Of a stretch of 61,947 nucleotides of DNA, positions 34,421 through 46,175 are shown one piece after another. The notes under the pieces are model-generated. The model saw nothing but the letters and a program-made list of their open reading frames with translations, was not told the origin of the DNA and ran no database searches. The position numbers and the translations under genes are program-made. This DNA is from Lama guanicoe. Its lineage: Eukaryota. The DNA lies in NCBI GenBank assembly GCA_013239625.1, contig MU055888.1:739745-801691 (forward strand), written 5' to 3'. Within the stretch, counting starts at the first letter, position 1. Each line of letters begins with the position of its first letter.

Positions 34421-36276
34421 GGAAGCCCATGAAGCATGTTTGCCCTTGTAGGGAAATTAGAGAAGGAGGGATGGCGATTAGGCTGAAGGCGGGCAGAGGG
34501 GAATTCTTCACAATGTGGTGGTGTGGGGTGCGAATCTCTGCACAATGTTTGTAAGGCTCTCTGCCTTGCTACCCCCAGAGCCCTAGGCCAGTGTCAGTCA
34601 CCTCCAGGCCTCCTACTCAATCCTGCATGCTAGGAGCTTTCTCCATGCTGTCTTCTCACCATCTCTACGGCCCCCCCTTTACTTTGGACCACCAGTGACG
34701 TCCACCTCCTGGCCTACCTCTCCTGCCCTACCCTCACCCTCCACACTGCAGCCAGAGCTGGGCCTTCCTGAGATGGAAATCTGTCTACGGCACCCCCTGC
34801 TTAAACCCCCTCGGTGGCTCCCCAGTGTTCTGAGATGCAGTCCAGATGCTCCAGCGTGTCTCTCTGCAAGCCCTTCCCCATCTGGCCCCACTGACCTCCC
34901 GCTCATTCTCTCGGCTCCAGGCGCAGGAGCCTCCCCAGGCCCCATGTGCTCTGTTCTCTCTCTTCAGGGCCTTTGCCGAGCTGATTCCTCTGCCAGGAAC
35001 TCTCTCCTCCCCCAGCTTGCTGACTCCACTTGCTGACTTCAGCTTCAGTGTCTCTTTCCTGGCAAACCTTCCCTAACCCCTGGTAGGGGTGGGTCTGGGC
35101 TGGGACCCCCCCCCAACTCAGCATGGCCACACACACCACACAGGGGCCGTCTGCTGTCTCCCCCTCAAGGCAGACAGCGGGGGGTTGTGTCTCCTTATTC
35201 CCAGACAGCATCCGGCTCTCCCACCCAATTAGAGGCACTTCCCCCACCAGAATGGGGGCTCTTCTAGGAAAGGAATTGTGCCTCCCTCATCAAATTAGAG
35301 GTATCCTCAAGACTGGGACTGTTAGATGGGAGGCTCCCTCAAGACAGACTGTCTCCTCCATCGCACTGGGGGTACCCAAGTACCAGGATCACTTCTCACA
35401 CCTACTTGGAATCACTGGCCCTCTTCCCGCCCCCCACCTTCCTCACAACCCTCACAGTCTGGGGGTGGGAGATGGAAGACAGCCTCCCTCCATCTCACTC
35501 CTAACTCTTGGCTGTGGCCCGGGTGGCCCTTCCCAGGATCCCAAGATCAGGAAGTCTTGTTTGCTGTTTTTTCTGGGAAAGCAAGCCTTCCGTGGCATTC
35601 CCTAGCAACCACAAGCCAGCCCCACCAGAAGCCCTGGCCAAGAGACCAGCAGAAGCTGAGCAGCTCTGCCCGACCAGCTTGGGAGCCCTGCACAGGCCCG
35701 GGGCCTGGAACCCTGCAGCTCCTGGACCAGGCAGGGCTCGAAGCCAGGCAGGAGCCGGGGTTGGGACCTGCCTGGGAGAGCCACAAGGGAGGGGCCTGCC
35801 CAGCTCCAAGCAGGGCCAGCCAGGCTCCTGCCAGGCCATCTGGAGCCAGACCTTGTGTGTCTGCATGTGGGGAGGGGGGAATGTCTCCCAGGCCATGTGG
35901 GTGGCTGGGAGCTGTGGGGTTGTGACCTGGCCCTCCTAGCAAGCCTCTAGCTCCCCTGTGGTCAGTTTCACTTCTGACATCTGGTCAAGTTCACAGCTGG
36001 CCAGCTTCCTGCATGGCTATTTTCACTTTCCCTCTCCAAGATCTGGGGGCAAGGGCCCCCATTCCTTCCCTCTCCCACTTCAATTAACTCCATGGTGACA
36101 CATGTGAATTTGCTGGATTTCTGTGAAACTTTCCCATTACGAGGGGGGAAAATAGGACAGGAACTCACTGCGTTGGAAATTATACCCAGGTCCCTGCACA
36201 TACACAACAACCCCCCCACCGACTCAAACCACGTGTATTTCCAGAAAATCTCTGCGCGATTTTTCTTTCTTTGCTA

Positions 36277-36282
36277 TTTAAT
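36277..36282 (-). terminator. Polyadenylation signal ATTAAA of NGFR
   Basis: + strand tttaat at 36277-36282 is ATTAAA on the gene strand. I saw no sense-strand AATAAA between the stop codon and this site. Confidence 0.75.
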
Positions 36283-37174
36283 GCTCATCGTTTATGTTTT
36301 ATGTGTAGGTTTCAGGAGGGCCCAAGAAATGATTACACAGGATGCAAGGGGCAGGTGACAGGGAGGGTGACATGGAGTCTGGAGCTCACAGCCCCCAGCT
36401 GGGGTTGGGGGCAAAAGGGTTCCATCTCAGCCCAAAGGGAGACAGGAGGGGCCCCAGAACCAAACACATGCTAAAACATACTTGCAACCCCCAACCCTCT
36501 CCCCAGCTGCTGGGAAGGAAAATAAATACCTCAGACTCTGTCCCACTCCCCAGGTGCACAGGTGAGGGGCCAGCAGGTGAGTTTCCTCCTCCCATCACAG
36601 ATCCAGGTCAAAGAAATGCCATCTACATACAATGTTCCCAGTCCTTTACGCAGGGCTGGGAGGACCCTGGGCTGGGGAGGGGGTGGCTATCCGTGCACAC
36701 CCTGCTCAGGGCTCGTTCATGCTAAATAGAGGGGGTGGGGCACACTCATTCCAATATCAAGCAAAACACAACAGGCCAGGAGAGACCTCATGGCCCCTTT
36801 CTGGCACCAAGCTAGGGGGAAAGCAGTCCTTCGGAGGGTCCTCCAAACTTGAGAGAGACCCTCTATGGGGTCTAACTCAGCTCCTTCTTGCTGCGTTCCC
36901 ACGCTGGTCCACTTTTCCTCAGTGCAGCCTCCGGGCCGGCCCAGCCCCTGCTCGCAGGGAAGGGGTGGAGGGGGAGAATTCCTCCACAAACAGGCCCTTG
37001 GAAGACAGGCGCCAGCTCAAGCCTCAGCCGTCCTTGGCCCGCCAAACCCGGGGGCGAGGGAGGACTGCGAGCAGAGTTCAATTCCCTTCGATGCTTCTCT
37101 GGCAGTGGCCCCGGGCAGGATCCGGTCCCAGCCCAAGAGAAAGAACTCTTGGAGAAAAGCAAAATTTCTCATCC

Positions 37175-37198
37175 TGTGTGTGTGTGTGTGTGTGTGTG
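37175..37198. repeat. (TG)12 / (CA)12 microsatellite in the NGFR 3' UTR
   Basis: Perfect TG dinucleotide run of 24 nt. Confidence 0.95.
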
Positions 37199-38216
37199 AC
37201 TCCATGTGTTTCAGGTGGGGGAGTTAGTTAGTCCCTGACCCCTAGGGCTGACTCTTGGGGAAGATGCAGCCTGGGTTAGCTCTGGGACTGTGCTGGGATG
37301 GAGGGTACCTACGGACTGGGCCACATCATGGATGCCACCCTGACCTGCGTAAGGGGACAGAGGGAAGTGGCACCCCTTTCCACAAACCCCAAACCTGCCT
37401 GGGTCTTGAGGGATCAATGGACCAGACCTTGCGTGGATCACTCCCTCTCCACAGGGGCTGGATAGGCCTGGAGATGGTGAAGGGGAGACTGGGTTTGGCT
37501 TCGAGACACTTCCTAGAGGGTCACCTGGCCCCCTTCTCCTAGCCCTCAAACAAAGCTGAAGGCTAGGGCCCTCATTCAGAGAGGGGAGGCCAGCCCACAT
37601 TTGGCTCCCTGATTGCTGGGTGGCTTTGGGCAAGTCATTGCCTCTCTCTGGGCCTCACTGACCTGTACAAAAAGCAAGGGGTGTGAACTACATTTCAAAA
37701 CCTCCTGCTAGCTCTGACAAACCCCTGATCCTCTGCATCTCAGGCCACAGGGGAGGGGAGAGAGGAGCTGAGGGAGATTCAGGCCACAATGATGCTCCCC
37801 TGTTCTCCAAGTTCACAGTGTAGAGTCCATGGCTCTGGTTCCCCAGTCTCTCCCTCTGAGTCTCTGGGGCCTTGTCATGCCCGCAACACCATCCCTGGTG
37901 TCAGCCCCCCAGATATGATAACCTGCTAAGGTGGGAGGAGCTAGCCCCCTTCGAAGTGTGGGGGGAAGGGAGCAGGAGGCCTGGGATGGTGATGGGTCAG
38001 GGCAGGGTGGGAGAGGCAGCAGGGGCACTTCTGGCGCTGGAGAGGGAGTGTGATCAGAAGCAATGGGGCCACACAGGAGCAGCGATGGGGCTGTGGTCCG
38101 GAGGCCCGGGCTCCGAGGCCCTGCCCAGAAGAGCGTAGCTCTGCCGCCAGCCCGTGAGGGTGGCTGGAGCATCAGTCATTGGAATGTGGGGGCAGGGCAG
38201 GGGCTCCCGGGCTGGC

Positions 38217-38518
38217 TCACACCGGGGATGTGGCCGTGGACTCGCTGCACAGGCTCTCCACGATGTCGGCTCGCTGGATACGGTGCAAAGCAGCCAGGAG
38301 GGTGTCAAGTGTGGCGCTGTCCTGGGTGGCCCAGCTAGCCAGCAGGGCGCGGACTGGGCNNNNNNNNNNNNNNNNNNNNNNNNNNNNNNNNNNNNNNNNN
38401 NNNNNNNNNNNNNNNNNNNNNNNNNNNNNNNNNNNNNNNNNNNNNNNNNNNNNNNNNNNNNNNNNNNNNNNNNNNNNNNNNNNNNNNNNNNTGTAGAGTC
38501 CTCCATCACCCTTGAGGG
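38217..38518 (-). CDS. NGFR: NGFR coding exon 6 (death domain and C-terminal PDZ-binding TSPV, 302 nt, partly N)
   Basis: GGCAG acceptor. Translates ALKGDGGLY-(45 undefined codons)-PVRALLASWATQDSATLDTLLAALHRIQRADIVESLCSESTATSPV-TGA, with the frame preserved across the N-run. Confidence 0.96.
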
Positions 38519-39195
38519 CTGCCAAGAACCCAGGAGGGGTCAGGTGCTACCCATTGGACCCCCTTTCCCCCACAGAGGGCATGGGGGCCCGGAGTTAGAC
38601 CCAAAAAGGGCCGAGGCATTTCTCTTCCCAATCTGGGGAAGCCCCAAGGGTCTAGAAGCAGAGGAATGCCCGAGGTGAGGTCCTGGATGGGGGGCAGGGC
38701 TGGTGGAGGCACCGGGGGATGCTGACTCATGTCCCTTCCTTACCTGTGGCTCCAGCACCATCCCCGCCACCTAACCCACTGCCCATCCACCACCCCGCCA
38801 CCCCCACCACCAACACCAGCAATTAATCAAGGCTGAGGACACAGGACTTCTGGTTCCAGACTCAACTACAGCAAGGGTCCTGGAGCTGGGCTATGGGCCA
38901 CTAATTAGGGTACGTAATCAACTGCTTGTTCCCCAGAAGTCCTGGGCAGGAGGCTAATTGCAGCCACTTTGGGGAGTAATTAGCCCTAGGGGGACAATTA
39001 GCTTGATGAGTCTAGATGCTCCAATTTGTCAGAGCTTCCATTTCCCCACCATCCCACTAGAAAGAACTCTCCTTACCCATTCGCCCACCCTGCCTCTCCC
39101 ATCCTTCTACACAGAGGCGCCGGTGGCCAACCACCCCCTCACCACCCACCACAGTCCTCCCTGCCTCGGGCCCCCTGCCCAGCCTCACTGCTCAC

Positions 39196-39356
39196 CCTGG
39201 CCTGCAGCCGTCTGCGTGTGGGGCTGCTGGTCATGCAGGCTCTGGCTGTCCACGGAGATGCCGCTGTCGCTGTGGAGTTTTTCTCCCTCGGGTGGGGGCG
39301 TCTGGTTCACGGGCCGGCTGTTGGCTCCTTGCTTGTTCTGCTTGCAGCTGTTCCAC
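39196..39356 (-). CDS. NGFR: NGFR coding exon 5 (juxtamembrane/Chopper region, 161 nt)
   Basis: CCAG|GTGGAAC acceptor and CAGG|GTGAG donor. Translates WNSCKQNKQGANSRPVNQTPPPEGEKLHSDSGISVDSQSLHDQQPHTQTAAGQ. Confidence 0.97.
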
Positions 39357-39639
39357 CTGGAGCCAGAGGACAGACCCCGTCTCAGGGGCTGAGGGGCTGC
39401 GCCGGCCACGTGGCTCCTCTGTTTTCTGGCATGTGGGGGCCAGGGGCATGGTAGGTCCCCAGCTGTGACCGCCCCCCCACTTCCTGCATGATTCCTGAGG
39501 CTCTTCTTCCTCTCCACACCTGCCCCCAGCCCCCACCGGAAGTGCCGGGTGGGCAGAGTGGCACCCGGGGCTTGGTGTACCTGGCAAGTGTTCAATAAAT
39601 GTCTGGGGGATGAATGATGCAAAAATAAATGACTTCCCA

Positions 39640-40205
39640 GGAATTCCACTTTTCCCAACCTACCCTGCTAAAGTACTCCCACATGTGTGCAGAGATATGT
39701 CCAAGGATTTCCTCTGCTATTATAAGCAATAAGAAAAAATTGAAAACAAACCAAAGGTCCATCAATAGGAGACTGGTTAAATAAATTATGATCCATCCAT
39801 ATTACTGAATGAGCGGTTACAAATGATCATATAAGCTATATGTTCTGAGGAAAGTTTTCCCAAGGGAGATTAAGTGAAAAAGTGATTTGGAGAATATGCA
39901 TAGTGTGATCCCATTGATGCTCTAAAAAAAAATCAAAAAACAAAAAAACCCAACCTGCGTGTGTACGAATAACTACAAAAAGTTTTAACACATGTGTTTA
40001 TAAATGCACAGAAAATGGCTGGAAGGGATCCGTTCCAAACAGATTCCAATGAGGTGAGGGGTAGGATTTGGGAAGATAAAAAGAGGACTTTTAGTACTTT
40101 TTGCTTTACAGGACATTGGTCTTGTTTGCATTTTCCCAAACAAGCATGTTATTACTTTGATGATTTTTTTTTTAAAGAATGGAAAATGCACTTAAACATT
40201 TAAAA
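39640..40205 (+). mobile_element. Ancient L1ME-like 3' relic in NGFR intron 4, antisense to the gene
   Basis: AT-rich block in a GC-rich intron: aattgaaaacaaaccaaaggtccatcaataggagactggttaaataaattatgatccatccata. Confidence 0.7.
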
Positions 40206-40558
40206 CACTTTCCAGGAGTTCTCCACATCCTGGACTTCTGGATCTGGGTGCCATAACATCCCACATGTGACACAGGAAGGAAGAGATGCATGTACTCCCA
40301 CAGGTGACTGTGAATAAATGGGGTTCAGGGAACAAGTACACAGGCAGCTGGTAAAGACAGCTCCGTGTGCAGTTGGTCAGCAGGAGGTTGGGAAGGGGTG
40401 CCAGCACCTCTCTACTCCCATACCCTGGAGAGGGGAAGCTGATGGTAAGTGAGGATGAGCTTGGTTTGGAGGAGTGTGTGCCTTTTCAGCTTATGGTCAC
40501 AGCAAAGCCCTCCTTGAGGGCAAAGCTCTGGCTCCCTGTCTCCCTTCCCTCCTCTCAC

Positions 40559-40811
40559 CTCTTGAAGGCGATGTAGGCCACGAGGCCCACAACCACAGCA
40601 GCCAGGATGGAGCAATAGACCGGGATGAGGTTGTCGGTGGTACCTCGGGTCACCACAGGCTGGGAGCTGCCCATCACTGTAGTCACCACATCGGACACTG
40701 TGCTGGTTACGAGCTCTTGGTCTGGAGGTACCTCGGGCTCTTGGGTGCTGGGGTCTGTGCTGAACGAGCCCTCCGGGGGCGTGGCCCGTGTGATCCAACG
40801 GCCAGGGATCT
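40559..40811 (-). CDS. NGFR: NGFR coding exon 4 (Ser/Thr-rich stalk and transmembrane helix, 253 nt)
   Basis: CAG acceptor and GTGAG donor. My translation is EIPGRWITRATPPEGSFSTDPSTQEPEVPPDQELVTSTVSDVVTTVMGSSQPVVTRGTTDNLIPVYCSILAAVVVGLVAYIAFKR, with the transmembrane cysteine intact. Confidence 0.97.
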
Positions 40812-40974
40812 CTGGGAGAAAGGGCTACAGGAGTGAGGACCCTGTCCCCCCAAGCCCCTCCCCTGTATTCTGACCCCCAGGGCTTCTTCCCCAGCCCCCG
40901 CCCCACCTCAGGGGCTTTCACGCCCAGCTGCTACACACAGGGTTGAGCTCTGGGATTGTGCATATGATGTCATG

Positions 40975-41135
40975 ATAATGGAGAAAAGCAAAGGCCTAAG
41001 AATCAGGAGACCTGGGTCCCCTTCAGCTCTGTCAATGACTTGCTATGTGACTCTGGACCAGTCCCTTCAGCTCTCAGGACCTCAATTTCCCCATCTATAG
41101 AATGGGGATATTAAAAGAGATGTTCTTCAAGCTCC
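40975..41135 (+). mobile_element. MIR fragment in NGFR intron 3
   Basis: gaatcaggagacctggg...tgctatgtgactctgg...ctcaatttccccatctatagaatggggata. Confidence 0.6.
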
Positions 41136-44100
41136 TTTCCATCTTGGGTTGCAGTTGCGGTCCTAGAATTCTACTCTGCCTACACCGGGTACCCAGAAGC
41201 CTGGCATGGAGGTAAACACACAAAGAAGAGAGTGGGCCCCCAAGAAGCCTCCTGCTGGAGTCAGCCTGGGGAAGTGTAATCTCTCTGGCCCCAGGTTGCC
41301 CCGGCGGCCCCAGTCACCCCTGTCCTAAGGAAGGATGAGGGTAATTAGGTCTGGCAGAGAGATAACTTCCCCCGCAGCACCTCCTCAAAAGCTGGCACTC
41401 AGCCTCCTTTCCGGTCTCTAATGTCCTAGCTCTAGGCTCAGCCAGGGTGGCTTGCCTCCCTCTAGCCAGTCCTTAGAGAAAGGCTAGCCTCTATTTCCTG
41501 CCCTATGTGGTCCCCAAACCCTCTCATCTTGCTACCCAGAGAGGACAGTGTCAGACAGCCCAAACCCAGCATGAGAAGGAAGAGGACTGCTGCTGGAGAG
41601 AGGGCCCACAGAGCGGGTGCCGGTGCTGCCTCAGGGGAGGGAGACTGCCTTGCCACCCACCTAGGTTCTCTCATGCCAGCTGGGCATTGCCAGCCACCCT
41701 GGCAGGGGATCCAGCACCCCCTGGCATGAGTGGCTGAGATTTTCCATTCTGCCACCCAGTCAGGGGCAGCACTCAAAGTTGTGGGCTCTGGACAGCCTGG
41801 GGGTACCTGTCTAGGCAAAGTTGCCTACATTATCTGTCCTCGCTTCCCACGTCTGAGGCAGGGAGGGAAAGCAGACAGGACATGCCAATGGGGTGAACGG
41901 TGGGCACTTTGCTCCCCAGCTCTGCCCCACCCAGCCCCCAGCTTGCCCACCCAAGTTGGAGCCAAACCTGCCCACAGGTCTCCTAGGCCTCCTTGGCTCA
42001 GGGTGAAGTTGCTTCAAAGGTCCCCATTTTCAGCACCTTCTGAGGAGTAAGGTCCCCAGATGTGAATCTGGAATCCATCTGGCTGGCACTCAGGAGGGGG
42101 CTGCCATCTGCTGCCTCCATCCCATCCTCCCCCATCTCAGTTCTGAGAGGGAGGGGTTGGAAGAGGTGGGGCAGGAAGTGGAGGAGACACAGCCCTCCCC
42201 TCTGGCAGCCCCAGACAAGGCGTGGACTGGGGAGGGTCTTCTCTTGCTCACCTAGGGACAGGGCCAGCCAGAGGGGCAGCCTGAGCTCCGAGGCTGAGGG
42301 TACAGCTCTGTTTAATTCACCCAAACCCAGAGGCTGAAGGTACGAGGAATGGGGGGACATGTCAGTGAGTCAAGCATCACAGAGAGAAGTGGGGAAGAGC
42401 TGAGAGAGGCAGGCAGGACAGACCAGGCTGAAGACAATGTCTTCCAAGGCGCCTTCCCCTCATCTCTCCAGTCCCCCCTGATGGGGGCGGGATGAGATCC
42501 AGATGTGGCCGTGTCCACTAGCATTCCAACCCACTAAGCCCTCGGCAGGTCCTGACAGCCGTTTCCGGAATGGTAGCTGTCAGACTTGGGGTGGAAACAG
42601 GGTACTCGCCCTAAACCCAAATTTCATTTGGCGGTGGGGGGATGGGTTCCACCCCCAGGGTGAGTAAGTCACCATGTTAACACTTGAAATGTATATGCAA
42701 GAAAGTACAATGCTCTGGAGGGGAGAGGGTAACCAAACTAGGAATCAAATTCCATTTCCAGAAATGTTCCTTCTGCCCTGGAGCTGACATTTACCCCTTC
42801 AGAGGCTAGAGCGGAGAGGGGAAGAGGCGCAGGGATAAACACACCCTTTCAAGGTGGCTCAGAAAGTGGAGTGGTAACTGGAAGGAATCTGTGAGTGCCC
42901 CCAAAAGGCAGAGCCCAGCCCTCCTGCAGCCACCACCTTCCTTTGCTCTAACTGCGCCCCTGACTGAGTTCCCCCACCAGCTGGTCTGGACTTGCCAGCA
43001 GAACTGTGCTGCCCGCCTGCCTGCCGCAGGCTGCTGAAACTCCCTCCCTACTCTGCTCTGCGCCTGACGCTACTTGCCTGTCTCCCTGCCCAGGGCAATC
43101 GCCACTGGAACCACCGTGTTCTGTGCCCCACTCCTCCTCCCTCCCTGACCCCACACCCCAGTGTAGGAAGCTTTACAAGCATACCTGGCCTCAGCCCAGC
43201 TGAACAGCCTTCTCTGCCCTGAGCTCCCTGTGCCAGAGATCACTGGATGTGGAAGGAAGGCATGGGTGTATAGGAAACGCGTCAGACTGGAGGCTCCCTA
43301 CGGCAGGGGATCTATCTTTCCCATTGGACTGGGGCTGATTGAAGGCAGAGCTGTGTTGCCTCCACCAGAATGGGGCATCTCCTGGGAACTAAGTGCTGGG
43401 ACCATGCCTCCCTCCTCAGACTGGGGCAAAGGCTGTCTCTGTCCCGTCAAACTCAGGCTCCCTGAAGAAGGCACCCTGAGGTGCTAGGTCACAAGGGGAA
43501 ACAGCTAAATGGGTGTCCAGCCATAGGACGATGGACATAAAGTAAAGGCACTGTCAGTCCCTCTCCCGAGATGGATGTCACCAACCAGAGACCCAAACCA
43601 TTCTGCCCTGGCATCCATAGTGCTTCCTCCTCTCATCCCAGAAACTGCTCCACCTGGCTCAGGGGGGCACACCCAGCTCCCATGCAGCCCGGGACCTGAA
43701 GGCCCTCCATGTGCCCCCTGCCTCATCCCCAGGCTTCTGAGTCCCAGGCCTGCTGCTCCCTTTTTTTCTCGGTCCCCAAGCTCCTGTCCCCATGACCTCT
43801 TTAGTGTCCCCTGGGCCTGACTTCATCCTTGACTCAACTGTAACAGTGACTGCTGATCCCTTCCCCACAAGTCGAAGTGAGCCTGCCCCCTTCCCTAACC
43901 CACTGCAACCCTGAAAACTGCATGACAGTGAGGAAACTGAGATCCAGAGACAGAAGTGACCTCCTTCCTTGACATTATTCAACTAGTAAGTGAGAGGGCA
44001 GACTCCATCCCAGGTCCCAGAGCCATGAATCACTATGGGTCTCAGAGCCAAAGAGTCCCAACTCCTGAGGGTCCTCAAGCCCCTTCTCCAATTCTGAGAG

Positions 44101-44423
44101 TCGGCCTCAAGGATCAAGTATGTCTTATTTGTGCTCTGGACACCTCGGGGCTGCTCATCTGCCACGCATCCAAACCCCAGCCAGCAGCCAGATTAACAAA
44201 GCCCTGGAAAATGAGTGAGAATGTCATAGCCGCGGCCTGGGAGGATGAGGATGGCTTTCCAAACACTTGGCCTTAAGAGGAAAGTAGTGAATGGGGTCCT
44301 TTGGTGGGAAGGATCGGGAGGGTGCCTGCTGGCTAAAGGCCTCAGGGCTACTCCGCAGGCCAGACCCGGCCCTGCCCTTCCCGACCCCTGAGCCGCCCCC
44401 CTCCCCCCCNNNNNNNNNNNNNN

Positions 44424-44783
44424 NNNNNNNNNNNNNNNNNNNNNNNNNNNNNNNNNNNNNNNNNNNNNNNNNNNNNNNNNNNNNNNNNNNNNNNNNNNNN
44501 NNNNNNNNNNNNNNNNNNNNNNNNNNNNNNNNNNNNNNNNNNNNNNNNNNNNNNNNNNNNNNNNNNNNNNNNNNNNNNNNNNNNNNNNNNNNNNNNNNNN
44601 NNNNNNNNNNNNNNNNNNNNNNNNNNNNNNNNNNNNNNNNNNNNNNNNNNNNNNNNNNNNNNNNNNNNNNNNNNNNNNNNNNNNNNNNNNNNNNNNNNNN
44701 NNNNNNNNNNNNNNNNNNNNNNNNNCACTCGGTGCACGGCTTACACGGCTCGGTGGCGCTCACCACGTCCGAAAAGGTCACGC
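44424..44783 (-). CDS. NGFR: NGFR coding exon 3 (CRD2-4); only the first 58 nt are visible, the rest lies under N
   Basis: The acceptor CCCTCAG|GCGTGACC is followed by (S)VTFSDVVSATEPCKPCTE, then the N-run 44410-44725. The 44424 boundary is inferred from the 360-nt length of the orthologous exon and is not visible. Confidence 0.85.
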
Positions 44784-45977
44784 CTGAGGGCAGATGGACC
44801 CGAGAGCCCCGCGGTTAGTCGCCTGCTCTTGGGGCACTTGGGACGCCGGGGCTGGAGACCCTCCCTCTCCATCCTGGCCCAGGGAGCTGACCCCCTTATT
44901 CCGCCCCGCCCCTTCATTGACTCCCACCCTCTTCTTTGGGTCCCTGGCCGCGGATGTGTGAAAGCTCATGGCAGCCGACTAGGAAGGAGGAAGCTCTGGC
45001 CGGGAGGCTTCACGGAGTAACCAGGTAAATTTCTTGGTAAATTCTCTTAGAGCGTTCCCGGCATGATTAAGGAATAATCATGGGCTGAACGTGGTTCCCA
45101 CCTAGCCCTCCCTGCAGGCCAGAGTTGGGCTGTGAACCCAGCTCAGCCATGGCCAGCCTTCACCAGGGAGCTCCCGCCTTGGAAGCTGCCCTTCCATTCC
45201 TCTCCACACACGTGGGGGTGCAGGTGTGGCCTGCATGGGCGTGGCTAGAGTTAGACAACAGAATCTCCCACCCATGGCGCTACCCAAGGGTTTGGCTCTT
45301 GAGGGCAGGGGTGCGACACCTGGCAAGAAAATTCAGGTACAGCAGGACGGACTGAAGCTAGAAGGGAAGAAGGACTTGTGTATCTAGTCCACTGCCCTTT
45401 CAAATGGCACAAAGGAAAAATTTCCAAGCTCTCTTGACTCACGCTCTCAATTAAGGGATGTGACTCCCAGAATAAGGGGAGGGAATGCTATGGGATGCTA
45501 TGGGATGCCAGGAGCCTCTCCTTGTGCAAAGAGGTGAAGGCTCAGGGCCAGATCTTCCTCACCCCTTCCAGCCCAGGGTGGAGAACTCTATGCCAAACTG
45601 AATCCAAAAGAATATATCCTTGCTCCAAGGGCGGGAAGAGGGATTTAGAACCTGAGAACAGGAGAAGGATTGCTCAGACTATGGAAGCAGAGATAGAGAG
45701 ATTAGGATCCCATTGGAGGGAATTCAAGGCTTGCCCTGGGGTCCTATCTTAACCTTCTTCTAAAGGCTTCAAGAGACAAGATGGAGCACGAGATGGAGGG
45801 TCATTATCTTGGGGGTGGGGGTAGGGCTAGAGGAGCAAAGAAGGAAAAAGCAGAGAAGTGAAAGGGGCAGCAACTGGGGAGAGGAGGGCAGGGAAAGAAA
45901 AGGCAGAGATGGGCCTGGAGGGAGATTTCAGTTTCAAATCAGTTCTGGCAGAGCTCTGTGTTTCTCTTCCCAAGCAG

Positions 45978-46175
45978 ATCAGGCAGATCTGGATTCTAAA
46001 CCTGCTTCCATCACTTAATTAGCTGTGTGACCCTGGGTGTTTTACTTGACTTCTCTGAGTTTTTTTTTTTCTTTCTCTGTAAAACAAGGACTAATATTTC
46101 CACTTACAGGGTTGCGGTGAGGAATAAGTGAAATTCCACCGTAAAGTCCTTGACACACAGCAGGGATCCTGTAAA
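45978..46175 (+). mobile_element. MIR fragment in NGFR intron 2
   Basis: tcaggcagatctggattctaaacctgcttccatcacttaattagctgtgtgaccctggg...ctgtaaaacaagg...cagggttgcggtgagga. Confidence 0.6.

Larger units (their letters stand above)
36260..38216 (-). other. NGFR: NGFR 3' UTR (~2 kb)
   Basis: Runs from the stop codon to an ATTAAA signal followed by TAGCAAAGAAAGAAAAA, which resembles my recollection of the mammalian NGFR mRNA end. The cleavage site is approximate. Confidence 0.75.

Noticed and set aside
38360-44725. NGFR as a pseudogene or disrupted gene
   Set aside because: All visible splice sites and frames are intact. The missing parts are N-masked, not deleted.
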